34,656 nt of DNA from an archaeon (GTDB lineage: Archaea > Nanobdellota > Nanobdellia > SCGC-AAA011-G17 > PNOQ01), in NCBI GenBank assembly GCA_021107835.1, contig JAIOSD010000048.1, forward strand, positions 1 through 34,656, in the 5' to 3' direction. Position numbers and translations under genes: made by a program. Shown here one piece after another: positions 1 through 9,076 of the stretch. The first letter of the stretch is position 1. Each line of letters starts with the position of its first letter. The notes beneath the pieces were generated by a model. It did not search any database, had not been told where the DNA came from, and worked only from the letters and a program-made list of their open reading frames with translations.

Positions 1-1
1 A

Positions 2-352
2 GTAAAAACTCGCAGCCTGATAAGCTACATCATCCCATAATTCACCAGTAGCATGGGCACTAATATTTACATAATTATTCCCATCATTTTGGATTGTAAT
101 ATAATCTTCTGCTATTTGACTATCATTAGATATTGTTCTAGCCAAATCCCCAAAAGCAATTGTAGTATCAATTGCCGTACAGCTTGTAACAGAAGATACA
201 GTCAAAGTAGTTGTCCCCTCAGTAGTATCAGTAGCAAACCCAGTTAATTGGTTTAATTCACCAATATAAGAAACACTAATCCAAGTCCCCCCAATAGAAA
301 TAATCATTGCCAAAACTAATAAAACAATTAAACTATTATTTGATACTTTCAT
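2..352 (-). CDS. Membrane-anchored/secreted protein, 3'-truncated by the window edge (not in ORF track)
   Basis: Manual translation from ATG at 352: MKVSNNSLIVLLVLAMIISIGGTWISVSYIGELNQLTGFATDTTEGTTTLTVSS...ITIQNDGNNYVNISA..., open to the window edge. SD-like GGGGAG upstream; N-terminal TM helix followed by a TGFAT motif and a beta-rich ectodomain. Confidence 0.85.
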   Translation of the reverse strand, partial: MKVSNNSLIVLLVLAMIISIGGTWISVSYIGELNQLTGFATDTTEGTTTLTVSSVTSCTAIDTTIAFGDLARTISNDSQIAEDYITIQNDGNNYVNISAHATGELWDDVAYQAASFY

Positions 353-554
353 CAAACTCCCCCTCAGATTCAACTTCATCAATAACATTCAAAGTAACCA
401 TGCCTGTACCACTACCAAACCCAGAACTTAAATCATCAACATTCTCTTTAAAATCTTGAACAGATTCATAAACAATAATAGTTCCACCAATAGAAAAAAC
501 TATTGCAAAAATGAGTAAAATTATAACCACCCTATCAGAAACCTCTTTTTTCAT
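336..554 (-). CDS. Small single-TM protein; N-terminus resembles that of the downstream gene
   Basis: 72 aa, hydrophobic helix ending in SIGGT, as in the 2..352 protein; overlaps that gene. Confidence 0.75.
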   Translation of the reverse strand: MKKEVSDRVVIILLIFAIVFSIGGTIIVYESVQDFKENVDDLSSGFGSGTGMVTLNVIDEVESEGEFDESIK

Positions 555-579
555 AATAAAACTAAAGAGATACCCCTAT

Positions 580-1434
580 TTAAACTTTTCTAAATATCAT
601 CTGTCCAGAAACATTTTCATCCAAGTATTTTTGTGCTTTTTTGTTTAATTCCCCATTACCTAAAAACAAAACTGGCAAATTACTCTTTCCAGCCTCATCC
701 AAAGCAGATAACAAATCAGAATCAGTAATATTCTTTTTATTCTTAAACTTAACAAAATACCTCAATTGCCCAAGATTAGAAGGAACATCAATAACAAAAT
801 TAAATTCTCTACCTTTCCTAGCAATATTTTGTGAAATAACATACATTTCATTCTCTTTAAAATAATCTAAAATTAGATCAAAAACGTCATTATCCTGCTT
901 AATCTCTTCCTTTACAGGTTTTTCTAGAATTTCTTGCCTTTCAATTGGTTTCTCAACTTTCTTTGGTTCTTCTTTCGCCTCACTCTTAAAATCACCGAGC
1001 AATTTCTTAATCAAAACCTTAGCATCATCATTAGCAGTCAAATACCATTTCCAAAAAGTCTCTGCCTTCCCAGAATGATTAACCGTCAAAGGAACTGCAA
1101 AATCCTTTAGATCTCTTAGAGCAACCCTTTGCCAAGGTAATGCTTCAGAGTCCCTGATTACAATCTTTTCGCTTATTAAATCGTAAGCCTCCTTAACTTT
1201 TCCAGAAAGAAATTGCGCAAGATCCATTAATTTCTCTTCTTGACCTGAAACATAATAAAAAGGAGAACCCCCCCTTTTAATATAAGTTAATTTAACCTTT
1301 TTCTTATCTACCAACTCAGATAAAATTGCACTAGCAAATAAAATATTTGTATTTATTGTAGTAGATATCTGTGAAGGTAATACCGGTCCATTTTTCATAA
1401 CAAAAGCCAAAGCTTCATTGCGAGCATCCATCAT
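580..1434 (-). CDS. Hypothetical protein with N-terminal winged HTH and C-terminal restriction-endonuclease-like domain (probably inactive)
   Basis: GPVLPSQIS...ASAILSELVDKKKVK resembles a wHTH; charged linker; C-terminal alpha/beta domain REFNF...YFVKFK...ITDSDL; BRE-TATA about 22 nt upstream. Confidence 0.6.
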   Translation of the reverse strand: MMDARNEALAFVMKNGPVLPSQISTTINTNILFASAILSELVDKKKVKLTYIKRGGSPFYYVSGQEEKLMDLAQFLSGKVKEAYDLISEKIVIRDSEALPWQRVALRDLKDFAVPLTVNHSGKAETFWKWYLTANDDAKVLIKKLLGDFKSEAKEEPKKVEKPIERQEILEKPVKEEIKQDNDVFDLILDYFKENEMYVISQNIARKGREFNFVIDVPSNLGQLRYFVKFKNKKNITDSDLLSALDEAGKSNLPVLFLGNGELNKKAQKYLDENVSGQMIFRKV

Positions 1435-1466
1435 AAATAAAAGAAGACTTACTTAATATAAAAACC

Positions 1467-1997
1467 TTATGGCCGAGTCCACTTAACTTCATAAAAAGTT
1501 ACATCCCCTTCATCATCCACAACACCAAGTAATAATTTCTTTTTAGTAGAATTAGCAACCCTATTCTTAGCAGAAAAATCATACCAGGTCATAACTTCCC
1601 TCTCATGAACAGAATACATCACCCATTTAGCATGGTCCTCACCAGGTTTAACACCCCTACCATAAATTCTAAAATCTGCACCAAATTTCAAAGCAGTTTT
1701 AACAATATAGCCCCTTTTCCGCATTTCCTTATAAGCAATATATTTAGTCCAGAAACGAGGTTCTACCCTTCTAGCCCTTTTAACAAAAGAATCAAAATTT
1801 AACTTTTTATTTCTTCCATCAAATAATTCCATCTTTTCTTCTTCTAACAAATAAAGAGCTTCAACAAAAGAATAATAAAATCTCTTACCCTTTTGCTCTC
1901 CAAAACGAGATTTGTCATAAATCTGTTTAGCAAAATCACCTTCAGGGGCCATAATTACATCCTTCGAAAATATAGCAGTAATTTTTTCTTTATCCAT
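1467..1997 (-). CDS. endA: tRNA-splicing endonuclease (single-unit, alpha4-type size)
   Basis: EALYL, RGYIVKTALKFGADFRIY, catalytic Y/H/K (RIY, EDHA, STKKK). Start moved to MDKEK at 1997 because the longer ORF overlaps rnz. Confidence 0.93.
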   Translation of the reverse strand: MDKEKITAIFSKDVIMAPEGDFAKQIYDKSRFGEQKGKRFYYSFVEALYLLEEEKMELFDGRNKKLNFDSFVKRARRVEPRFWTKYIAYKEMRKRGYIVKTALKFGADFRIYGRGVKPGEDHAKWVMYSVHEREVMTWYDFSAKNRVANSTKKKLLLGVVDDEGDVTFYEVKWTRP

Positions 1998-2011
1998 AAA
2001 ACCATTTAAAC

Positions 2012-2033
2012 AAAAACTATTTAAAAACCTTTC
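2012..2033. promoter_or_regulatory. Shared bidirectional TATA box between endA and rnz
   Basis: TATTTAAAAA at 2018-2027, about 20 nt from both divergent ATGs, with purine-rich BRE-like flanks on each strand. Confidence 0.6.
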
Positions 2034-2047
2034 CTTAAAACAAAACC

Positions 2048-2938
2048 ATGAAATTAACATTTTTAGGAACTTCCAGCATGATTCCAACAAAAGATAGAAA
2101 TACTACAGCCATTCTACTTAATCATAAATCTGAAAATATTTTAATAGATTGTGGAGAAGGAACCCAAAGACAACTAAAAAAAGCAAACATCAGTCCAACT
2201 AAAATAACCAAAATATTAATAACCCATTGGCATGGAGATCACATACTCGGCTTACCCGGACTATTAGAAACACTAGCAAAACTGAACTATAACAAAACAT
2301 TAGAAATTTATGGTCCAACAGGCACTAAAAAATTCATAAAAGAATTATATAAAATCTTCATAAGCCAATTCAGCAAGATAAAATTAAAAGTAGAAGATAT
2401 AACAAAAAATGGAAAATTCTTCGAAGATAAAATTTTAACAATTTCTGCCCAAAAATTAGATCACACAACAACTTGCTATGGCTATGCAATTCAAGAAAAA
2501 GATAGAAGAAGAATAAATCTAAAATACACTAAAAAATTTGGATTGACAAAACATCCCCTATTAGGTAAACTACAGCAAGGAAAAACAATAACCTACAAAG
2601 GAAAAAAATTAACACCTCAAAAAGCAACTAAATTAATCAAAGGAGAAAAAATAACTTTTATTATAGATACAAAAAAACCAAAAAATATAACTAAATTTGC
2701 AGAAAATTCAGAAATACTTGTATCAGAATCAACCTATTCTACAAAAAACAAAGATTTAGCAAAAAGTAGAAAACACATGACTTCAAAAGACGCAGCAGAA
2801 ATAGCAAAGGCAGCAAAAGTAAAAAAACTAATACTAACTCACTTTAGTCAAAGATATCAAAACACAAAAGAATTAGAAAAAGAAGCAAAAAAAGTTTTCA
2901 AAAATACTGTAACAGCTAATGATTTCTCTACATTCTAA
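2048..2938 (+). CDS. rnz: Ribonuclease Z
   Basis: FLGTS, DCGEGTQRQ, THWHGDH metallo-beta-lactamase motif, exosite insertion, ESTY, HMT, LTHFSQRY. Confidence 0.96.
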   Translation: MKLTFLGTSSMIPTKDRNTTAILLNHKSENILIDCGEGTQRQLKKANISPTKITKILITHWHGDHILGLPGLLETLAKLNYNKTLEIYGPTGTKKFIKELYKIFISQFSKIKLKVEDITKNGKFFEDKILTISAQKLDHTTTCYGYAIQEKDRRRINLKYTKKFGLTKHPLLGKLQQGKTITYKGKKLTPQKATKLIKGEKITFIIDTKKPKNITKFAENSEILVSESTYSTKNKDLAKSRKHMTSKDAAEIAKAAKVKKLILTHFSQRYQNTKELEKEAKKVFKNTVTANDFSTF

Positions 2939-3785
2939 CTTTAAGATAAGAAACAAACAAGAAAATGTCTATAAATGCGTTTACAAACACCAACACTATT
3001 TCTTTAATAAAATAAAAAACAATTAAAATAACAGACAAACCAACTGCACCATAAAACGCATCCATTATCACAATCCTAAAGAATTCAGAAAATAATCCTG
3101 CAACAAAGAGCAATACAATACTAATCCCCCAAACAGACATCAAATATTTAGTTTTAGATTTAAATAAATCCATCGCTTTAGTCAAAGCAGAAACTGCTCT
3201 AACATTTTCTCTGAACAAAATAGGATACCTAAACAACAATAACAACCTAATCAATAATAAAATAAGAATTACAGAAATAGCGACTAAAAAAGAAGAGCTA
3301 CTAATATAACCAGATAAGATAAACAAAGGCAAACTCAAAACTAAAGATAAGATAAGAATTAAAATAAATACCATAACCCTCATCTCAATAACTCTCCAAT
3401 AATATTTAGAACCACCAAAAATAGATTTTCTCAAACTAATTTTCTTTCCTTTAGCAGCACGATCAATCATAGAAAATTTCATAGCAATTAGTCCAGAACC
3501 CACAAAAAAGTTGGCAATTACAAATCCTGCTAAACTCAAAACAATTTTCAAAATTTGTGATTGTGTTATCAAAACAGAAGATATTTTCTTTGCAATTGCT
3601 GCTAAACCCCCGCTAACAAACAAACTAGAAGGATCTCGAAATAAAACAGGAAACAACCCATTCATATAAATAAAAATTAAAGCAAACACTAAAGAAGTTA
3701 AAAAAGCCATTAAACTTGGCACAATAATTTTCCAGTTTTTTCTGAAAAGAGATAAACTCTTAACAATATTATAAAAGTATACCAT
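2928..3785 (-). CDS. Polytopic membrane protein (about 6 TM)
   Basis: Several long hydrophobic helices; ATG at 3785 follows the stop of the upstream gene. Confidence 0.8.
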   Translation of the reverse strand: MVYFYNIVKSLSLFRKNWKIIVPSLMAFLTSLVFALIFIYMNGLFPVLFRDPSSLFVSGGLAAIAKKISSVLITQSQILKIVLSLAGFVIANFFVGSGLIAMKFSMIDRAAKGKKISLRKSIFGGSKYYWRVIEMRVMVFILILILSLVLSLPLFILSGYISSSSFLVAISVILILLLIRLLLLFRYPILFRENVRAVSALTKAMDLFKSKTKYLMSVWGISIVLLFVAGLFSEFFRIVIMDAFYGAVGLSVILIVFYFIKEIVLVFVNAFIDIFLFVSYLKVRM

Positions 3786-3787
3786 TT

Positions 3788-4363
3788 TTAACACTTAATA
3801 ACATACTCAAAACAATTATCATAAGGATTTTCTATTTCCATCATCTGCTTTACAGTCATCTTTTCAAAATATCTCCTAAATGGTCTCATAGAATTCCCAT
3901 GGGCAGAGATCGCAACATTAACCTTATCCTTTTTTATTAATTTAAGTAAATCTTTTATGAAACTTTTTACTCTTTTCTCTACTTGTTTAATTGATTCTCC
4001 CTTTGGAGGTTTAGTTTTATATCCTCTATGAAATTTATCATACTTCTCAGGAGAATTCTTTTTAATATATTGCAAATGCGTTTTTCCTTGTAAGGCACCA
4101 TAAGATCTCTCAATCATTCTGTCATCAGTTACAACAATTTTACACTCTTTATGGAATTTCAAAACTTCTTTTAGCGTCTCTTTAGATCTAATTAATTTAG
4201 ATTGATATGCTACATCTATTTTCTTATTTTTTAACCTCAATGCTACAATTTTAGCATCATCCTTTCCTCTCTTATTTAAAGGACTTTGTCTCCAACCAGA
4301 AAACTTACCAGCAGAATTATCTTCAGTAGTTCCATGTCTAAATAAATAAATATAACACCTCAT
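3788..4363 (-). CDS. gpmA: Histidine phosphatase family; likely 2,3-bisphosphoglycerate-dependent phosphoglycerate mutase
   Basis: RHG, FSGW, ERSYGALQG, PPKGES, ISAHGNSMR motifs typical of dPGM. Confidence 0.78.
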   Translation of the reverse strand: MRCYIYLFRHGTTEDNSAGKFSGWRQSPLNKRGKDDAKIVALRLKNKKIDVAYQSKLIRSKETLKEVLKFHKECKIVVTDDRMIERSYGALQGKTHLQYIKKNSPEKYDKFHRGYKTKPPKGESIKQVEKRVKSFIKDLLKLIKKDKVNVAISAHGNSMRPFRRYFEKMTVKQMMEIENPYDNCFEYVIKC

Positions 4364-4403
4364 ATTTTTAAAATTTAGTTTAGAATATTAAAAAGGTTTC
4401 TAT

Positions 4404-5201
4404 TTAAACATCGATAATTTTATGACCTACAACACCCAAATTATAAACCTCAGTTTTACCAACCCTAGTCATTCCTTCGCCTTCATGTATGTGGCCACAA
4501 AAAACATAAGGAGGTTTACTCTTTTTTATATAATTTAAAACAGTTTTACTACCTGCATGTTTACCTCTCCAATTAGTTGGCACCCCAGGAAAATTCACCT
4601 TATCTAAAATACCATAAGGCGGTTGATGACAAACCAGAATATCTATATCTTTGAATCTTTTAAGAACCTTTCTTGCTTTATTGGTCTCTCTTTTAGCACA
4701 TTGCATTGATTCCTTATAATCCTTCGGCTTAAACTCCTTTACCCAACAAGTATCCACAAAAAACTCCAAAAAGCCTATCCTAACCCCATTTAAAATTCTT
4801 AATTGATTTTTAACTAATTTGATTTTTTTCATAGAAGAAATCTCCTCCTTAGTAGAGATTAAGTTTAAATTATATTTACGTTTTTTCTCTTTAACATCTT
4901 TTATACTTGGAATGCCAACATTGCCTTGAATAGTATAAACCGGAGCAAACCCGGATAAATATTTTAGTAATTTAATAGTAGACTTATGGACCTCAAGATG
5001 GATTTTTTTAATCTGGACAAGGGTTCTTTCAATTTCAGGCAATCCTTTTTTCTTTCTTTTAATATTCTCAAAGTAAAGTTTTCTAGCCAAATCAGCCTTA
5101 CCCAAATCCCCAGTCAAAAGGATTAAATCTATATTTTTTATGGGAATCTTTTTTATTTTACCCACATTCCCATGTGGATCCCCAATCGCCAAAATTTTCA
5201 T
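4404..5201 (-). CDS. Calcineurin-like metallophosphoesterase
   Basis: GDPHG, TGDL, GN, HQPP, CGHIHE. Start moved to MKILAIGD at 5201, about 24 nt below a TTTATAAA box. Confidence 0.9.
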   Translation of the reverse strand: MKILAIGDPHGNVGKIKKIPIKNIDLILLTGDLGKADLARKLYFENIKRKKKGLPEIERTLVQIKKIHLEVHKSTIKLLKYLSGFAPVYTIQGNVGIPSIKDVKEKKRKYNLNLISTKEEISSMKKIKLVKNQLRILNGVRIGFLEFFVDTCWVKEFKPKDYKESMQCAKRETNKARKVLKRFKDIDILVCHQPPYGILDKVNFPGVPTNWRGKHAGSKTVLNYIKKSKPPYVFCGHIHEGEGMTRVGKTEVYNLGVVGHKIIDV

Positions 5202-5291
5202 AAAACTAAAACAAAATTCAAATTTTATAAATCTTCCCCCCAACTAAAACATCGAAAACCTTTAAAACAAACACAACATTAACCAAAAAAC

Positions 5292-5906
5292 ATGGAAGAA
5301 GACATAATAATAACCTATGAAACACTATATGATATCCTAAGAAGAGAAAAAGACAGAGTAGAACTACAAACACTCCCAGAAACATTTCTACAAGACCTAA
5401 TAAACTACCTAAAGAAAAAGAAAGAAATACTCCAATCACAAGAAAAAAAGAAATCTATTTTCACAAGTATAGAAGTACAAAAAACAAGAAAACAAATAGA
5501 ATCTATTCAAAAAATAATAAAAGAACTGTATGAAAGAAGAGAATCAAAAATAATACAATTAGCAATTATATCCTCAAGAACAAACATAGAAACAGAAGAA
5601 AAAACAGTAATGTTACTAGAAGAACATGAATTATATGATTCTATAATAAAAAAATTAGATTATTACAGAGAAAATGTACTTTACCAACTAAGTAACGGAG
5701 ATGCTCCAAAAGTAAAAACAAAAGCTTTAAAAAAGCCTGAAAAGCCAAACAAAACAGCTAAAAAACTAAAATTTTTAGTAGATATCCCAAAATTCATAGG
5801 TACAGACCTAGAAACTTACGGGCCCTTCAATAATGAAGAAAAAACCAATATTCCAAACGAAATAGCAGATTTGCTAATAAAACAACAAAAAGCTGAAGAA
5901 ATATGA
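5292..5906 (+). CDS. gins51: GINS complex subunit Gins51 (Gins15)
   Basis: Helical A-domain (ELYERRESKIIQLA) and B-domain DIPKFIGTDLETYGPF; position before L44e-S27e-aIF2alpha-Nop10 is the known conserved context. Confidence 0.85.
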   Translation: MEEDIIITYETLYDILRREKDRVELQTLPETFLQDLINYLKKKKEILQSQEKKKSIFTSIEVQKTRKQIESIQKIIKELYERRESKIIQLAIISSRTNIETEEKTVMLLEEHELYDSIIKKLDYYRENVLYQLSNGDAPKVKTKALKKPEKPNKTAKKLKFLVDIPKFIGTDLETYGPFNNEEKTNIPNEIADLLIKQQKAEEI

Positions 5907-6214
5907 AAGTTCCAAAAATAAAAAAGGCATATTGCAAGAAGTGCAAAGAACACACAGAACACAAAGTAACAGAGAATAAAACAACAGGTAAAAGAGGTAC
6001 TTTAAAAAAAGGTTCTATTGCTAGATCAAAAGCAAGAGGATTAGGAAGAGGTTTTGGAAACTTAGGAAAATGGGGTTCTAAACCTGCAATGAGTAAATTC
6101 AAGCGTACAGGTTCAAAATCATCAAAAAAAATAGCATTAAAATTAACTTGCCAAGATTGTAAAAAATCAAGTATTCAATCAATTGGTAGATTAAAAAAAG
6201 TGGAGTTCGAATAA
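5903..6214 (+). CDS. rpl44e: 50S ribosomal protein L44e
   Basis: YCKKCKEHTEHKV and KKIALKLTCQDCKK zinc ribbon. Confidence 0.95.
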   Translation: MKVPKIKKAYCKKCKEHTEHKVTENKTTGKRGTLKKGSIARSKARGLGRGFGNLGKWGSKPAMSKFKRTGSKSSKKIALKLTCQDCKKSSIQSIGRLKKVEFE

Positions 6215-6215
6215 A

Positions 6216-6380
6216 ATGAAATCAAAATTCATAAAAGTTAGATGTTCAAAATGTAAGAACGAACAAATTATATTTGAAAAACCTGCAACAATAATCAAAT
6301 GTTTAGTTTGTGAAAAAGTTTTAGCAGAACCAAGAGGCGGAAAAGCTAAAATAAAAACTAACGTTCTAGAAATAATCTAA
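6216..6380 (+). CDS. rps27e: 30S ribosomal protein S27e (not in ORF track)
   Basis: MKSKFIKVRCSKCKNEQIIFEKPATIIKCLVCEKVLAEPRGGKAKIKTNVLEII, 54 aa, lying between rpl44e and eif2a. Confidence 0.96.
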   Translation: MKSKFIKVRCSKCKNEQIIFEKPATIIKCLVCEKVLAEPRGGKAKIKTNVLEII

Positions 6381-6382
6381 AA

Positions 6383-7153
6383 ATGTTTTATAAAAAATCT
6401 GGACTACCAGAACAAGGAGAGATAGTAATCTGTACAGTTACTAAAATTCTTTATCATTCCGTATTTGCTAAACTAGACGAATACAATCATTTAGATGGAA
6501 TGATTCACATATCTGAAATATCTCCAGGAAGAATTAGAAATATAAGAGATTATGTAAAAGAAGGCAAAAGAATAGTTTGCAAAGTTCTAAGAGTAAATCT
6601 AGATAAAAAACAAGTTGATCTTTCTATAAGAAGAGTAAACACCATGCAAGCTATTAACAGAAATAATGAATACAAACAAGAACAAAAAGCAGAAAAATTA
6701 TTGGAATTCATAGGTAAACAATTAAAAAAAGATTTGAAAACAATATACACTGAAGCAGGTTTCAAAATCATAGAAACATATGGTTCCCTCTATGAAGGAT
6801 TCCAAAGATTTGTTTTAGATGACGAAGTAATAAAAGATTTGAAATTAGACAAAACCCTAGAAAAAACATTATTAGAAATCGTAAAAGATAAAATAAAAGC
6901 ACCCGAAGTAGAAATTTCTGGGATAATAACATTAACTTCAGAAGCTACAGATGGGGTAGAAGTAATCAAAAAGATCCTAATAAAAGCTCAAAAAGGCGAA
7001 ATAAAAATAACTTATATTAGTGCGCCAAAATACAAAATCTCGGTAACCGCTTCTGATTATAAAACAGCAGAAGGAATTCTAAAAAATTCACAAGAAGAAA
7101 TAATAGCTTCAATTGAAAAAGCAGGCGGAACTGGTAAATTCAAAAGACAATGA
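6383..7153 (+). CDS. eif2a: Translation initiation factor 2 subunit alpha
   Basis: S1 domain LPEQGEIV...LDEY...IHISEI...IRNIRDYVKEG; C-terminal DGVEVIK, YISAPKY. Confidence 0.96.
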   Translation: MFYKKSGLPEQGEIVICTVTKILYHSVFAKLDEYNHLDGMIHISEISPGRIRNIRDYVKEGKRIVCKVLRVNLDKKQVDLSIRRVNTMQAINRNNEYKQEQKAEKLLEFIGKQLKKDLKTIYTEAGFKIIETYGSLYEGFQRFVLDDEVIKDLKLDKTLEKTLLEIVKDKIKAPEVEISGIITLTSEATDGVEVIKKILIKAQKGEIKITYISAPKYKISVTASDYKTAEGILKNSQEEIIASIEKAGGTGKFKRQ

Positions 7154-7308
7154 AACTTCAAATTCTAAAGTGTGAAAAATGTAATGAATATACATTAAAA
7201 GAAAAATGTTCCAAATGTGATTCTAAAACTATAAACCCGAAACCAGCTAAATATTCTGAAACAGATAGAATGAGCAAGTATAGGAATATTGCTAGGAAAG
7301 CACAATAA
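7150..7308 (+). CDS. nop10: H/ACA RNP protein Nop10 (not in ORF track)
   Basis: MKLQILKCEKCNEYTLKEKCSKCDSKTINPKPAKYSETDRMSKYR..., 52 aa; ATGA overlap with eif2a. Confidence 0.93.
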   Translation: MKLQILKCEKCNEYTLKEKCSKCDSKTINPKPAKYSETDRMSKYRNIARKAQ

Positions 7309-7317
7309 GGAATACTT

Positions 7318-7725
7318 TTATTTGTCTATATACGCACCAAGTTCCCTATATAGATCTGCCAATTCATTAGCTCTTTTTTCATCACGTGTTTTTAAAATAG
7401 TTTCTGTTTCATTGTTAAGGATATCTACAATTTCATCAAATTTACGAACAGCTTCTGGATCACTATTTAATTTAATATATTCATATTCAGCCAGTGATGA
7501 ACATTCTTGAATTCTTTGTAAATAGTGGCGGGACCCGCATTTATCAAGGAATCTTACAATAGAGCTATCGTCCCCTTCTTGAACTAAATGTAAAATAGAA
7601 AAAACACCAAGAATTTCGTTGGTTGCATCTTTACAAAGTTTCCATCTTTCAAACACCTGATCTAGAAATGTTCTTTCCTCTCGGGTTAGTTTCATATCTT
7701 TTCTTTGTTCTTCTTCGGGAGACAT
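7318..7725 (-). CDS. Hypothetical helical protein
   Basis: Open frame; likely start MSPEEEQ at 7725, with a TTTTATAAA box and AAGGT upstream; no recognisable motif. Confidence 0.65.
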   Translation of the reverse strand: MSPEEEQRKDMKLTREERTFLDQVFERWKLCKDATNEILGVFSILHLVQEGDDSSIVRFLDKCGSRHYLQRIQECSSLAEYEYIKLNSDPEAVRKFDEIVDILNNETETILKTRDEKRANELADLYRELGAYIDK

Positions 7726-7821
7726 TTTATTTACCTTATTTAGTAAAATAATCCCATTTTTATGATTTATAAAACTTTCTATTTGTAACAACCATATAAT
7801 AACAACATTATTCAAACCTAT

Positions 7822-9045
7822 CTAAAAATCACCCAAAGTTTTCTGAGGACCAACAGAAAAATTAGGCTCGCCATAAACCCCATCATAGCCTGCTTTTACT
7901 TTTATCAACCCTCTACGATTACTCATTATAATATCAACCAACTTAGAATCTAAAACTTTCAATAAACTATCCTTACTTTCATTCAACAAAACATCAAATT
8001 CAGAGTTAAACTTATCAACAATACTCATATACTTAGCAAAAACATTTTTAGAATATAATTGTTTAACACCAAGAAAACCACTTAAAAGCTCAGATAGAGG
8101 AATCAACCTTTTAAAACCGGGGGCACCATCCAACCTAAATCCTTCAGGACGATCAGCCAGCTTCTCAACCCTATTCAAAACCCCAATAGTCAAAGGTCTA
8201 TTACACTTGGGACAACGACCATTGTGTTTAATACTTTCAGAAGGACTAAAACAAACCCCACATTTCCTATGCCCATCAAAATGATACTTTCCATAACCAG
8301 GATCCACTTCAATAGTACTATGCAAACCCTCACCAGTACGAATAGCTTTCAAAATAGCATTATAACTCACTTCACAATCAAAAATAGTAGCTTCACGACC
8401 AACTCTCCAAGGCCAAAATGAATGACTATCTGAAGAACTAACTAAATTAAATTTATCCAATGAAGAAATTCTCCAATTCATAGAAGGATCAGAAGACAAT
8501 CCAGTTTCAATCGCATGTATATGTTTAACCTTATCTCCAAAACATTCCTCCACAGAATCAAACCCCGATTTACTACCCAAAATACCAAACCAAGGCGTCC
8601 AGGCGTGAGCAGGAATTATTTCAATATCATCAGAAATTTCTTTCATCATCTCAACCAATTCAATAGAAGTAAAACCAAATATTGGACGACCATCATAATC
8701 AATACGCCCTTTCTTAAGGAAAGCTTCAGTAATTTGATCAACAACTTCAAAACTAGGAGCCAATAAAACATGATGCACTCTACGCCCTTTCAAATTTTGT
8801 GTATACATTAAACTAATCTCAGATTGTAGAATAAACTTTGAACCAGAAGGCGTTTTTAAAATCCCACTATCATCTTCGATTAAGTGTTCTTTCAAATGAG
8901 TATTCCACAAAGGATGCTGAAAATCACCAGTACCAAATATATCCACCCCCTTAATCTTTCCCCATTTCTCCAAATTAGGAATATCTAATTTAGGACTAGT
9001 AGCTCTAGAATACCGTCCATGTATGTGTAAATCAGCAATAACCAT
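7822..9045 (-). CDS. Endonuclease Q family (PHP domain plus Zn finger)
   Basis: ADLHIH.RYSRATS, GTGDF.HP, DGRP, PAHAWTPW, IETGLSSD, SSSDSHS, GKYHFDGHRKC...CPKC, GYDGVYG. Confidence 0.92.
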   Translation of the reverse strand: MVIADLHIHGRYSRATSPKLDIPNLEKWGKIKGVDIFGTGDFQHPLWNTHLKEHLIEDDSGILKTPSGSKFILQSEISLMYTQNLKGRRVHHVLLAPSFEVVDQITEAFLKKGRIDYDGRPIFGFTSIELVEMMKEISDDIEIIPAHAWTPWFGILGSKSGFDSVEECFGDKVKHIHAIETGLSSDPSMNWRISSLDKFNLVSSSDSHSFWPWRVGREATIFDCEVSYNAILKAIRTGEGLHSTIEVDPGYGKYHFDGHRKCGVCFSPSESIKHNGRCPKCNRPLTIGVLNRVEKLADRPEGFRLDGAPGFKRLIPLSELLSGFLGVKQLYSKNVFAKYMSIVDKFNSEFDVLLNESKDSLLKVLDSKLVDIIMSNRRGLIKVKAGYDGVYGEPNFSVGPQKTLGDF

Positions 9046-9076
9046 AAAAAAGATAAGAAAAAGAAATATAAGAATC

